Below, in pieces: positions 11,916 to 24,315 of a stretch of 64,000 bases of DNA. Position numbers and translations under genes: made by a program. Numbering within the stretch: the stretch's first letter is position 1; every line of letters starts with the position of its first letter. The DNA lies in contig NC_089433.1 in NCBI RefSeq assembly GCF_026210795.1, forward strand, positions 2,480,001-2,544,000, in the 5' to 3' direction. Below the pieces are notes generated by a model. That model was given only the letters and a program-made list of their open reading frames with translations. It was not told the origin of the DNA and made no database searches. This stretch comes from Rhizophagus irregularis (Eukaryota).

Positions 11916-14170
11916 TAATGAAGCTAAATGTGTCAAAAAACCTATTTTTACACGAATTACAATTCCGCATAAAAAACTTGATCAGTTACAACAATTTTTG
12001 GATGATAAAAACAATGTAATAATGAGTAGCTATAAAACAGAAACTAAAACTGGGCTTCCAGTAAAATATCTCAAATATACAAAAGAATCTTTGTGGGAAA
12101 AATTCAGCTACCAATTTCCAGATGGTGTTAAAAGAACATCTTTTATGACGTTCTTGCAAAAAAAACAATATATTTATCAAGAAAATCTTGGTGGTCTTTG
12201 TTCAATTTGAATATGAGATTTTGTAGAAATGAAAAATTTTATTGAAAAAAATATTCAAAACAATAATCTTCAAGTAAAAATTTTTTCAATTTATTTTATT
12301 TATATATTACAAGTTGGTTTATTTGTTTTGATTTATTTTACAAATGGTAATCTAGAAAGACTATATAAATAAACTTGAGCACCTGCGCTGATATCTTAAA
12401 AAGTCTTATGAACAAAAGCTTGAAATTGTTATGAATGGAACTGTTGCCCATAATGCATGCATTAGCCACTGTCTCCTATACGCCTTTGGTACCTGCACAG
12501 AATCACACAGTCACAAATGTATTGAATGTGGATAATTATTTGCAATTTTTTATCAATTGAAAAATGATACTCCAATTACATTGCATAATGAATTAGATGA
12601 ATATCAGAAACACCTCCTATACTATCTTGCTTATCAAACACGAAAAGTATACCTGAACACACAATTATTGTCGTGAATTATAAAATGAAGGTATTACCTA
12701 AAAGTGCACGAGAGATAAAAGAACAGTTTTTTGGAAAAAAAGGCTGGACTCTTCATTCAGTATTAGTATATACTCGCAAGGAAAATTCTCTTGAACTTGA
12801 TATCCAAGCACACAACCTCACTGCTTCTAATCCTCATGCTGTTATTGAATCTATGAAAAAGAAACCAGAATGGGTTATGATTATTTTAAACAATGGAGGT
12901 TATTATCATAATGCAGATTTGATGATGACTTTGAGATATTGGCAAGATTGGTATGGTATTTGGCCAAAAAAATGGATATTTCTTGAGCCGGAAGAGGTGA
13001 AAATAACCATTAATAGTCATCATGCTCAGATTTGTTTATACCTTTCCATTTGATAAATAATATCTATTAGCAAGAATTAACTACATGATATTAGCTTACT
13101 TTATGTTTGAAATAGATTGCACATTCCATCAATCGATATGTAAGACATTGAAAATGCAATATCTGGAATTTGCGGAATATCAGTATCTCACCTAAAACCA
13201 GTTAGAACAAAAGGTTGTAAATTAGAAGTTGAATTATTATACAACTAGGTTTATTAGAAATTATTAGAAATTCTCAACATATGGGCTGATTTGTCTATGG
13301 TGTGCGTCACCTATAAACCACAAAGTTCAAAATTTTAAATGTAGATTTTCACGTGACATGATACTATTTGCACGTGACTTCAGTGACAAAAAAAATTGCG
13401 CACGCGCATTTTTTAATTTTATTCAAATTTATTTAACTCGTCTAATACATATTCAGGAATACAGCGATGGGATTTATATTTTTTGGCTGCATATTCTACC
13501 AACTTACCCGTAATTCCATTTCTATATAAATCCATATAACGCCACATTTTCCTTGCAAATTTTCTTATCATTTTTATATCAATAGATTCTAAAGCTGCAG
13601 GAACAACACGTTGCAAGCTTGACCATGAATAATCACAATTCTCACGAGTATATCTTTTTGCTGCCCCCCAATATCTTTCAATAAAGTTAAGTTCACAATG
13701 GAACTTTGGATAAAAAATGCATTTATGCCCAGCTTCTAATATTGCTTCCTCTAATGCACTTTTTTGTTCTATAAAATCAGGTTGTAATGAAATAATTCGG
13801 CGGGCACAACAATCAATTCGGGTTACATTATCCACTTTATCTTTACACAACTGACAATCAGCATTTAGACCATTTCTCCATAAGCCTCATTCAATTAAAA
13901 CTTGTTTCATTCCCTTAGACTCTCCATTTTCATTTACCATCGATTGGTGCTGATTGTTTAATCCAAAAACTGTATCCCTCATTTTTGGTTGCTTGCCATC
14001 GGGTTTTAAGTTCATTTATTTGCCACAAGAGCATCAGGTTTAAATGCTGCATGGTTTGAGTTATTATCAAATGCAAATAATGCAATACAATTGGAAAAAA
14101 GGGTTTTTTTATTTGATTAATTAGGTGTTCACTTGTCCAATACCCTTCACGATCTTTGCCTGGTTGGAGC

Positions 14171-15268
14171 AGGACCCCGAACAATATATATATAGGTCAG
14201 ATAAAAAATTCAAAATTTACTAAGGTCAATAAGCAAATATTTTTCATGTCTGCTAAGCAAACTTTTATCTAACCCATAAATTTTTTACACTGCTAAGCAA
14301 TTTATTTTATGACATATATATATTTATATATAATTTTTTTTATAAAATATGTATATAAAAAAAACTAAAAAAACAAAAATTTTTGAAATAAAGTATGGAT
14401 AAAGCTATTATTATTTTTTTGTAATATTACAACTTATAAATGTTTCTTATTAATATTTCGTATATCTGTTCTGTGACTTCAGGGCGTAATTTAGGCACTT
14501 TAGTCAAAGGAAACATCCAAAACCTTCTTAAGTAATGTTGTTCAGCAGGTTCGAATCTACTTACATATAAATTTTTATCACGATTGAATAGATATTTATG
14601 GATTTATTCATGTTTTTTGTAACGCCACCAATACGCGGAATTTTTATTTTTAAAATTTACTGTAAAATTTGTCAAAAAAAATATTTTTAAAAAATTTTCT
14701 AAGTAAAAATGAAATAACTTTTACTGATTATTACAAAAATTATAGTGTAAAATTATAAAAAAACAGAAAAACACTTATTTTTCCCTTCCTACCCACCCGT
14801 TGCTCTCATTTTTAATATATATTTTTTTACTGTTACATGGATGCGTATATGATTTATAATTTTAATATTATGCGGACGCGTATTTGTTTTATCAAAAACA
14901 CGTTACACAATCACATCTAAAAATGATTCCTGTATTACGTATACAATTAACTTATTCTTTGTATTAAAAATAGTAAATTTTTTTTACACAAACATGTTTA
15001 TAACTTTGTTTACATATTTTATTAAATTTTTTTAATGTGAAAAATGTAAATATATATTATATTATATATATATATTAAAAAAATCTATCCTGCTACGCAA
15101 ATATATATCTGACTATTAATAATTTAATACTCTGCTACGCATAATTATATCTGACTATTTAAAAATTATGGTATCAAATAAGCAATAATAAATCTCACAT
15201 AGGAAAAATTTTTATATGTTGGTTAAGCAAACTCAAAACCTACCTTTATATATATTGTTCGGGGTCCT
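14171..15268. mobile_element. Non-autonomous P-like element (copy 2)
   Basis: 27-bp TIRs aggaccccgaacaatatatata(t/a)aggt. 8-bp TSD gttggagc/gttgaagc with 1 mismatch. gcta(a/c)gca motifs near both ends. No ORF. Confidence 0.88.
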
Positions 15269-16228
15269 GTTGAAGCTTCTTCAGGTATAAAAAGATTTTC
15301 TTAATGCTGTTGTATATTTAATTTAAGTCGTCCACATTTCTCTAACAAAAATTTACTAACCATTATCGAACGTCCATTTCCTTTTTTGTGTAATGGCAAT
15401 TCTTCCGATTTCGCCCATACACCCCCGTTTTCCATCATTAGAGTAAAAAATATATTCATCAAGAATTATCTCTTTATTATCAGATTCAAGTATTGGTGGT
15501 ATTCGTTCCATAGTTTACCTTCATATTTCACCATATACTTCTCATAACTATAGATTTCATCTAGAAAGGATTTTCGATATTCAACAACATCAGGGCGTTC
15601 ATGACCATCATAATAAATACCACCTTAATATTTAAATAATAAGGTTATTTTTTTGTATAACAATATGTTAATTAATCTTCTTACCTTACTTTTATGATTA
15701 AAAAGTATAATTAAGAACATTTAACCATCGTGCCGCAGTTTTCATGCTGATGGTTTTTTTTTTGTTATTCCAGAATTTGCAAGCAATTTTTGTTCAACGA
15801 ATTCCTTAAACTTCAATGGAGTGGTTGTTCTACCTTGAGATCAAATCCATATATGGCATTCTTCTGCTATATCTTTATCATCTATCAATCGTATTGTTTT
15901 TTGATGCTTTCCTTGATGGCTTACTGGAAGACGATTATACTGAAGCCAAAAATTTGCCCAGTATTAAATTAATCTTGCTCTATATGGTGCACAATCAATA
16001 AAAATCAACTGTGCAGCTTCTTTGCTGGCTTTCATCTCTTTTTAAGATCAGTCTTTAAATTTTCGATTCTTTCACCTACATCAAGTTGATTTCGTTCTTC
16101 CTCATCCATATCATCAAGAACGTCTTCAAAATCATCCGGTATTGGTTTATTATTCATGAAAGTTGATATTTTTATGGTTTCTTTTGCAGCTTTTGTAAAG
16201 GAGCCATTTAGTCCATATTTATCAAAAT

Positions 16229-18884
16229 AGGACCCCAGACATCACATATATAACTCATAACTGATCTGCATGAATTTAAGTACTTTTTGCTCCTGCTAAA
16301 ATAGACCTAATTTGCTAAAAATCAAATTAATGATCATCGTACTTTCTCCCCCGTTGGGCTCTGCCCATTTTTTCCTATGAAGTTATGAATAAAAAATATG
16401 AGGATTTTTTGCCTTGAGTGATAGTAAAAAGACTTTTTGACGTTATATGAAGTTATTACCGAGGTCTTTAGTTTCACCCGAACTCCTTACGGCTTATATT
16501 GAGTTAGAACCGTTATCATGAGTCTTGGAGTTACCAATAATACTGTAAGATGGCAGTTCTATACAAACGTTCCCCTGGGCTTTCTGAAAGGTTGAAAAGT
16601 AGTGCGTCTTGGTTCCTACGCCTTTAAAGTCTAACTGGCTAAGTGGTTCGCAGGCCGGACCGGTATTTCTTGGAAGGAGCTCCTGACTAACGTATTTCTT
16701 GCTAGTTGATGTTGTTAACTGGGGAGTTAGTCTTCTAAAATAAGGAGACGGAGTTGAGGTGTATGTTTGGTGTTTTTTACTCAGGTTTTTCTCATTGCAC
16801 TTCGAGTTTTCCTGAGGTTTATGTTTTTATTTTTTGCTTTTTGTTTTTCTTGGTCATTTTTTTGGTGTAACCTTATTTTCTTTGGGGGTGGAGGGATACT
16901 GGAAAATTTGATCGTCATGGTGGCTTGGTGTTACAATTTCAAAATCAATGATCATTCGGGTGATAAGGGGTGACAGGTTGGGTACCGCAGTTTTTGTAGT
17001 ATGCCGATCATGGTGGTCACATGTTGGACTATCATTGGATTGACTTATCTAGGTAGATCTTAGGTCGAAGAATCATTTGCAATGAGGTGGGTGTCCTCTG
17101 TTTGGGATCATTCGTAATGAGGTGGGTGTCCCTTCGGGGATTGCACGACACTAAAAAGTTCCCCATCGGCTGGACTGCACGACACTAAAAAGTTCCCGGA
17201 GGTCTTTGTGAAATAGGTTTGTTATCTATAGTATGTAGTCAAATAGGGGAAATTGAATTTTATGCGTTTCTGATAGTGCTAATGGTAGCTCGGAGGTTCT
17301 TTACCGATTCTAGGAGTGGGTACGGCGCTGGATGGGTTACGTATAGCATAGTCGACTTTACCCATTTTGAGATATATTTGGGGGAGTAGCCGTAGTTATT
17401 TATATAGAGAGGGTGGGGTTTTTAATCTTAGCTTTTCTTATATGTAATTTTGGAAGATTATTTGTTCTTTGTTTTTCTATTAGTTCTGCACTTGTTGCGG
17501 TGCTTTTTAGATCACTCTGTGTTTCTCTAAAGTCACTTCGGCATTAATTAATAAAATTCAAGCTCAAGCTATGTTTACCTAAAAATCAAATTATCACATT
17601 TCAAATCTATACTAATTTGCTAAAACTCAAAATATAAGTTAATTGCCGATCCACGAATGAATCGGACCTAGTGATCGGCAAAATCAAATCTCCACTTCCA
17701 AAAAAAGTAAAGTCGGTCAATTTTTAGCCAAACCAATTAAATTTTTTTTAAAAAAAAACTTAGAGATTAAATCTATTTTGTAAAAATATAAATTTAAGTA
17801 TTTCAAAACTCAAAATTTTGCAAATTGCTTTTAAATATCATCAATTAGCGAAATTTTAGTAAAAATTATTTATCATTTTTTTTTCTAATAAAAGTACTAG
17901 CAAGAAGTCTCAAAATTCACACATATATACTTTGGACATATATTAATAGAATATTAAAAAAAAATGATATAATAAATGTAAAAATATTTCCTATTTTAAG
18001 GTTAACTAACAATAATCCATTTTCCCATTTTTAATGCCTATATGAAACTTTTATAAATCAATCTTTAGGAATTTAAAAATGGTAATTTTATCTTAAAATA
18101 TTAGTTCTAAACATATTTAAAGCATTTATTTTCAAATTATTAAGTGAAAAAAATTTTCGGTTTTGTGTCGATGGTTACACAAATTACGATTTGAAGAAAT
18201 TTAAAGTTTATTGGTGAAAGTTTGACTTTTTTAAGAGTTATTTTTGATACTTTAATAAAATAAAGCAAATGTCAAAGTTTTTTCATTAAAAATTTCAATT
18301 TATTTGATTAAAAATTGGTGGATATTCCTATATTGGAAATGCAGATTTAAGGGGTGGTCCGATTGGTACATGGATTACGAATTAATAATCTTTTTTTTTA
18401 TTATCAATAAAAAAATAAATAATTAATATAAATTAAACTGCCAATTTTTATAATTAAAATATGTAGATTATAAATTTATAAATAAAATAATAATTAATAA
18501 AAATAATAAATTAAATAAATAATTATTAAAAAATAAAATGTTGCGAAACTAAACGGACGGTTTTTGGCCCGCATTATGCTTAATTATGGCCGGAATTATA
18601 CTTAATTTTGGCCAAAATATGACCCGGACCCCGAAACTAATATTTTTAAAAATATTATTTATAAAGTTAAAAACAAAGGATAAGTTAAATTTAAAAAAAA
18701 GTACCAATTTGCTCAAATATAAAATATGACTTTGTAAAATCAATACAATTTGCTAAAACTCATAATTATGACTATTAATTAATTTTCAATCAATTTGCTC
18801 TATCTAAAATTATGAGTTTAACCTAATTTTGATTGAATTTGCTAAAACTCAAATGTGAGTTATATATGTGATGTCCGGGGTCCT
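16229..18884. mobile_element. Non-autonomous P-like element (copy 3) containing a retroposon
   Basis: 29-bp TIRs aggacccc(a/g)gacatcacatatataactca. Perfect 8-bp TSD atcaaaat (16221-16228, 18885-18892). tgctaaaa motifs near both ends. Confidence 0.9.
16330..17578 (+). mobile_element. Retroposed fragment (5'-truncated LINE 3' end or SINE-like)
   Basis: Perfect 15-bp TSD ctaaaaatcaaatta (16315-16329, 17579-17593). GC-richer than its flanks. T-rich UTR-like 3' part with AATAAA near 17550. Confidence 0.8.
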
Positions 18885-19534
18885 ATCAAAATATGTTGAT
18901 TTTTTTATTTTTCCAGTAAGATATGGTCCATGTTTTTTTTTCCAAGTGGGTGTTATCTGACCAGGTTAACTCAAAAGATTTATCTTCAAAAGCTTCTTTT
19001 TTGTTTAATAAACTAAACTCTTCATCCCATCCACTGTTATTTTCATTACCCCATTCATCACCTAATTCATCACATCCATCAGATAGCTTTGGTCATTTTG
19101 TAAACTTCCCGTTATTGTCTCATATCTGCTCTTTTCCTCTAGTTTTTCTTTTAGATAGACGAGTCATTGTTGTTGCGTGAGAAAATTAATCAAAAAAATG
19201 CCATTTTTATATGAAATTCACGTAACACTTATCCTGATCACCAGTCCGAAATTTTCCATTTTTCCATATAGATTATATGATTTATTCTCAAACTTTCAGA
19301 CTTAATAAAATTAAATTTTTATATTAATTCTTAAAAAGTAAACTGATAGAAATGTTTAGCATATGCTATTCTATTAATTTATCAGTTTAAATTTGTATTT
19401 TACTGCTTAATTCTTAATGTATAAAATTTTAAAGTCACATGATATTTTTGTGGTTTATAGGTGACGCATACCATACCTTTAATTAAAATATTAATTTTAT
19501 TACATTTTTATTGTACAAAATACTATATAATATA

Positions 19535-20349
19535 CAGTAAATTGGAAATGAGTATTAAAAAATTTTTATTTAATGTTATTATACTATAATTTGGTAAATA
19601 TTTCTTTTAAATTAATATAATTCTTAGCACTTACTATATATGTTAAAAATTGGTATCTTAACTTAAAACGTAAATATCTCCAGATCCAGTGATCCAATCA
19701 GCAAGCTCTTTTTTTGTTCATATAGACCAGATCAAGGGCTTTCCGATGAGCCTAAATTTATAAAAAATGGATCAGTAGATCCTAAGATATTTGCATTTAA
19801 GTATGTTAAAAAGTTTGTACCTCAACTTTAAATGTAAATATCTCTGGATCTAATGATTCAATCGGTGAGCTCTTTTTTCGCCTATAAAATCCAGAACAAG
19901 GGCTTTCCAACGAGCCTAAAATTATAGAAAACAAATCAGTGAATCTTGATATATTTGCGTTTAAAGATGGTAATACAAACTCTGACATAAAATAATTATT
20001 TTTATTGAATATCTATTATGATACCATCTTTTATATGATATTTTTATTATACTTTTATAAACATTTATAGCTATTAAGGCTATATAAATTTTTATTTTAC
20101 TTTATATTTTATTAAAATATACTTACTTTTTAATAATATATGTTAAAAATTCCATATATATGAGAAATGGGTTTTTTATTTTAATAATTTAAGTTTCGCA
20201 AATGTAAATTTTTGTTCAACTTATTATTTAGTCAAGTGATCATCAATCAGATGATTTTTTGGTATTACAAAACAATTTTGAGTAATGAAAATTATGAAAA
20301 TCAATTCAATAACTCTTTTTAATGCAGAGTAGACAAATCAGCCAATATG
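19535..20349. repeat. Long repeat copy B, same family as 8392-9712, with an internal tandem duplication of about 160 bp
   Basis: Aligns by eye to copy A. The unit taaatatctc..gatc..gagcctaaa..gatatttgc occurs twice (about 19665-19805 and 19826-19965). Confidence 0.8.
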
Positions 20350-20439
20350 TATATTTAATATTAAAATACTTTTTTTAGTAATAATTTTAATATACCTCTT
20401 TGGATTATATAATACAAATACAATAAATAAATATTTTGC

Positions 20440-20643
20440 ATATCAGTACCTGATATGTGTAAGATTAATTCAGTGTTACATATCAGTGACTAATCATTTA
20501 GATATCGGGAATCTGATTTTTAGGCATATTTGATATGTTACATATCAGGTACCCGATATGTAATAAATGTCCGATATGTATCTGATTAGTCCCTGATATA
20601 TAGGTACTCAATATGTACCCGATAGTATCAATTTTGACTAGTG
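20440..20643. mobile_element. Solo CACTA/EnSpm-like terminus with subterminal repeats
   Basis: Ends in ...ttttgactagtg (reverse complement CACTAGTCAAAA), preceded by many c(c/t)gatat / atatc(a/g)g motifs. Partner end not found. Confidence 0.5.
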
Positions 20644-23587
20644 CTATATATCAGTTATATAACTTATACTTATCAGCGAAATTGAATTTTTGAATTATGT
20701 ATGATAGACATAATTAAAATGCCGTAATTCACCATAATTATATGTTTTATTAGTAAACATTTGTACTGACGTAATTGTTTTTGGCTATGCCATAATATTT
20801 TGACATTGACTTTTTAATTCTACTGAGAAGTATAATATGACTAATTGCAGTTTAACAATCAGTAAATAATCAGCCATCTGCCAATTAGATATTATTAATT
20901 ATCAGTCATTAATCAGTTATCAGCAGGTCAAATTATTGTCAATCAGATACCAATCAATTATGAAAATTATAATAACAATGTATACTTATATTATTTTATA
21001 TTACATAAGCTAACAAAGGATTTATTCTAAATAATAAACAATTTTATTATCAATTATTGTATTAAAACATTTAATAATTCTTCTAATTACCCATTAAAAT
21101 AATTACTAATTACTAATAATTGATATATTATACAATTTGATATGATTTAATAGAACGATATATATAAACTCTGAAAATTTATCATTAACTATATATAATG
21201 ATATATAACTGTATGTACTAATTAATATATGTAAAATTTACAAAAGTAAAGGAAGGGAAAGTTTAGTAACTTGATTATTAGTGAGAAATAAATAAATAGA
21301 TAAATAAATTACTAGAATTATAAATTTAAAAATCATTAATAAAATTAAAGACCTTATTTTTTAAAAAAAAACTTTGCATTACTGACTGTTTTTTTATTCT
21401 TCACATCTGTATTTTTGTTGTTATTTTTGTACATACATGGGGCTCTTTTTGTTTTTTTTTCTCATGTCTATTTTCTTTGATATGAAGATATATTTATATC
21501 AAGTTTATTAATGCACTCTCATTACACTGCAGAGTGGGTGATCTATTTCTATATTTTATGATGTTGTACATTTATTTTGTATAGAGCTTATTATACCACA
21601 ATTAATAAACTTTAAAATAAAATAAAAAAAACTTTGCAAATGTATTATATATTTAAAAAAAATGCTGCAACTAAAATTTTATTATATTAATTATAATAAA
21701 AAAAAATTGTTTTTTGATTTTGTTACATATGCAGTAATTGTTATATAAAAAGAATTTTTCTATTACTAGATAATAATTATTGGTAACTGAAATTATGACA
21801 ATCAGTATTAAAAAAATATAGTGACAATAAAAATTGATAATCCATTTTTTGTATATTTTCTTTATATTTAATTCTCGCGATTTTATCACATCTACCGCAT
21901 GTTAAGCACCGGATAATTGGACGTTTTGGACATTTCATTCAAAACCTGTCCAAAATCGTTCCCAAAACCAAAACCTTTTTTTCATTGGACAGGTTTTGGA
22001 CAGATCACATGACAAAAAATTTAATTTTGGCCAGAATTATGACTAATTTTGGCTAATTTTAATTTTAGTTCAATTATTAAATTACTTCAAAAATCTTTAA
22101 ATGTTAATTTTTAATATTATTTTAATTTTACATTAATTTTTATTATTTAATTATATTAAATATTTACTTTTTTAACATTTTAACATTATATTTTCATTTT
22201 ATTTTTAGTTTCAGTTAATAAATATTAGGACTCTTGAGCAGTTTTAAACTGTCCAAAACTATGTCAAAAACTATGTCCAAAACTGGTTTTGGACGATCCA
22301 AAATTAATTCAATTAAAAAAACCAATTAGGCAAGTCCAAAATAACAATAAGATATTCTTATAAATTATAAATGAAATTCCATAATTTTTAATTACTGCTT
22401 TTTTTTTTTTGTTAAAATTTTCGTTATACACTCCTCTTATTGTTTCTCATATTTCTTTCTCTTAGAACTATTAAAAGGTGCTTATGAAATCAAAATTATA
22501 ATTTTGTAAAATTTTGACTTCATCATGTAAATCATTATCTTTTAATTGTTTTTCAAATCTGTATATTGATTCTTATTTCTTATGCAATTTATCAATTATT
22601 CAATTGTTGATTCGTTATCTTCATATAGCCAAAGATGTTTTCAGGTTTCTTTTTCATTTCTTTCATTATCAATGAACTATTTTTCTGAAATAATGAAATA
22701 TAATCAATTTTTATTTTAAATTATTTTTTGAAAAACAGGATTGACCATTTGAAATTATTTTAATAAACAAAAAAAGAGAGAAAATCTATTTTTTTAAATA
22801 TTTTAAATGAAATATTAATGTACTACATATCCAGATTTTCAGAAAATTCATTATATTTTTTTTTAAAGCTAAATATTATTTATTTTAACAAAAGTCCTTA
22901 ATTCATCTTTTACAAATTTCAATTCATATTTTGAGTGTTGTAAGTTGGCAGTTCTTTAAGTAAATTTTTTATTCAATATGATCTCTCTTTCGTATCTTTT
23001 TGATTACATTGCCTTTAATTAAACTACCAATTAGATTTTCATAAAAATATCTATATTTGATATTATATTAAATATATTATTACTTCTATTTAGAATTACT
23101 TCAAACAATTTAAAAAAAAAAGAAATAAAATATAATTAAAATTATTTTATTTTATTTTTAAAAATTATGGGAATTATACAAATTATAATCAAAATTATTA
23201 TAATTTTAGCCAGAATTATAAGTTACAATAAATGTCATGTGATTTGTAATTTTTATTTATAATTCTGACCAAAATTTATAATTCTGGCCTAAATTATATG
23301 TATTTTTTTCTTTCATTTTTCTAAAAGTTAGGGTGAATATTTGAATTGGAATGGTATTACTGGTTAATAAAATACTATATCTTAATAATTTTTGCTAATT
23401 AATATTAAAATATTTGAGAAGCTATAGTTTAATTGCAATATTTACCAGGTAATATCTGACATTTAACAAGCCATTAATTCATTTTATCTTTGCAAATCTT
23501 GTCAACTCTTGCACTATCTAAATCACAAACAAATTAAGCCAATATCACATTATTTTTAAGAAAAAAAAAATCAAAAAATTTTCATTA

Positions 23588-24315
23588 TTATTCTATAGCC
23601 ATAATTTGATTTTTAGACTGTTCAAATAATTCATTGATGTCAACAATCTCAGTATCACCTAAAATTAAAATTATTTAGATCAATATCAAATCATAATAAT
23701 AATATAAAAAATATTATGTATTTTTACCACGTAATTCAGCCTGTCTTCTTAGCAACAATATTTGATCTCTATCATAATTAATGGCAGATAATTGGCATTG
23801 TTTTATTGTTCCTATTTTAAAAATTAATTTAATTAATTAATTATTTATTTATTTTGTTTTTTTTTCATAAAAAAAAATGCCTTTACAGATCTCAATAATA
23901 CCTCCTAAATGTAACACACGTATAAGACACTTTCTCGTCTTTATTTGTGTAATAAAAGTCATTGCACCCCAAACGATATGATAATGATCTCTTGATATTC
24001 TAAGTACACCAATATTTGTGAATGGAGAAAAATATTTTACTAGAAATTATGACGAATAAAATTTATTAAATTCAGTATATTGCTAAAGTTACCAAAAAAA
24101 AAAATTCGAATACCACTAATGGAAGCTGCAATACATCCAACACCATAATCGCCAAAATTTATTTGTACTGAATTTTTTATAGCAGAATAAACATCACGAG
24201 TAGATAAAGCTTCTAGTTTTTGTGAAGGAGGAGAAGATGAGGAAGAAGAGGAAACGTGAAAAGTATCTTCAAATATGACTTCGAATAGGAGCCAACGATT
24301 CTTTAATCGAACCAT
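23588..24315 (-). CDS. POP5: RNase P/MRP subunit Pop5 (Rpp14/Pop5 family), 4 exons
   Basis: Exons 24315-24114, 24039-23902, 23811-23728, 23658-23588 with GT-AG introns. MVRLKNRWLLFEVIF...NFGDYGVG...VKYFSPFTNIGVLRISRDHY...VLHLGGTIKQC. Confidence 0.92.

Larger units (their letters stand above)
10000..13215 (+). pseudogene. Decayed multi-exon DDD-type transposase, Sola3-like (tentative family)
   Basis: Fragments NYKMKVLPKSARE..FFGKKGWTLH, NNGGYYHNADLM and FLEPEEVKITINSHHAQI, plus a Cys/His-rich segment near 12440-12530. Many stops and frameshifts. Boundaries approximate. Confidence 0.6.
13419..19167 (-). pseudogene. Disrupted DDE transposase (PKFHCELNFIERYW type)
   Basis: ATG at 19167 (MTRLSKRK). 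Fragments DGHERPDVVEYRK, LQPGKDREGYWT and FYPKFHCELNFIERYWGAAKRY. Split by two P-like insertions plus stops. Confidence 0.8.
13298..19473 (-). mobile_element. IS630/Tc1/mariner-superfamily transposon carrying nested insertions
   Basis: TIRs tggt(g/a)tgcgtcacctataaaccacaaa with TA at both ends (13296-13297, 19474-19475). Internal DDE transposase. Confidence 0.88.

Noticed and set aside
8392..20349. LTR retrotransposon bounded by the two direct repeats
   Set aside because: No gag/pol between them and no TG...CA ends. An inverted copy at 13278-13297 points to a TIR.
21895..23330. Defined transposon with gtccaaaa and ggccagaatt repeats
   Set aside because: Probably decayed TE DNA, but no matching ends, TSD or protein motif could be established.
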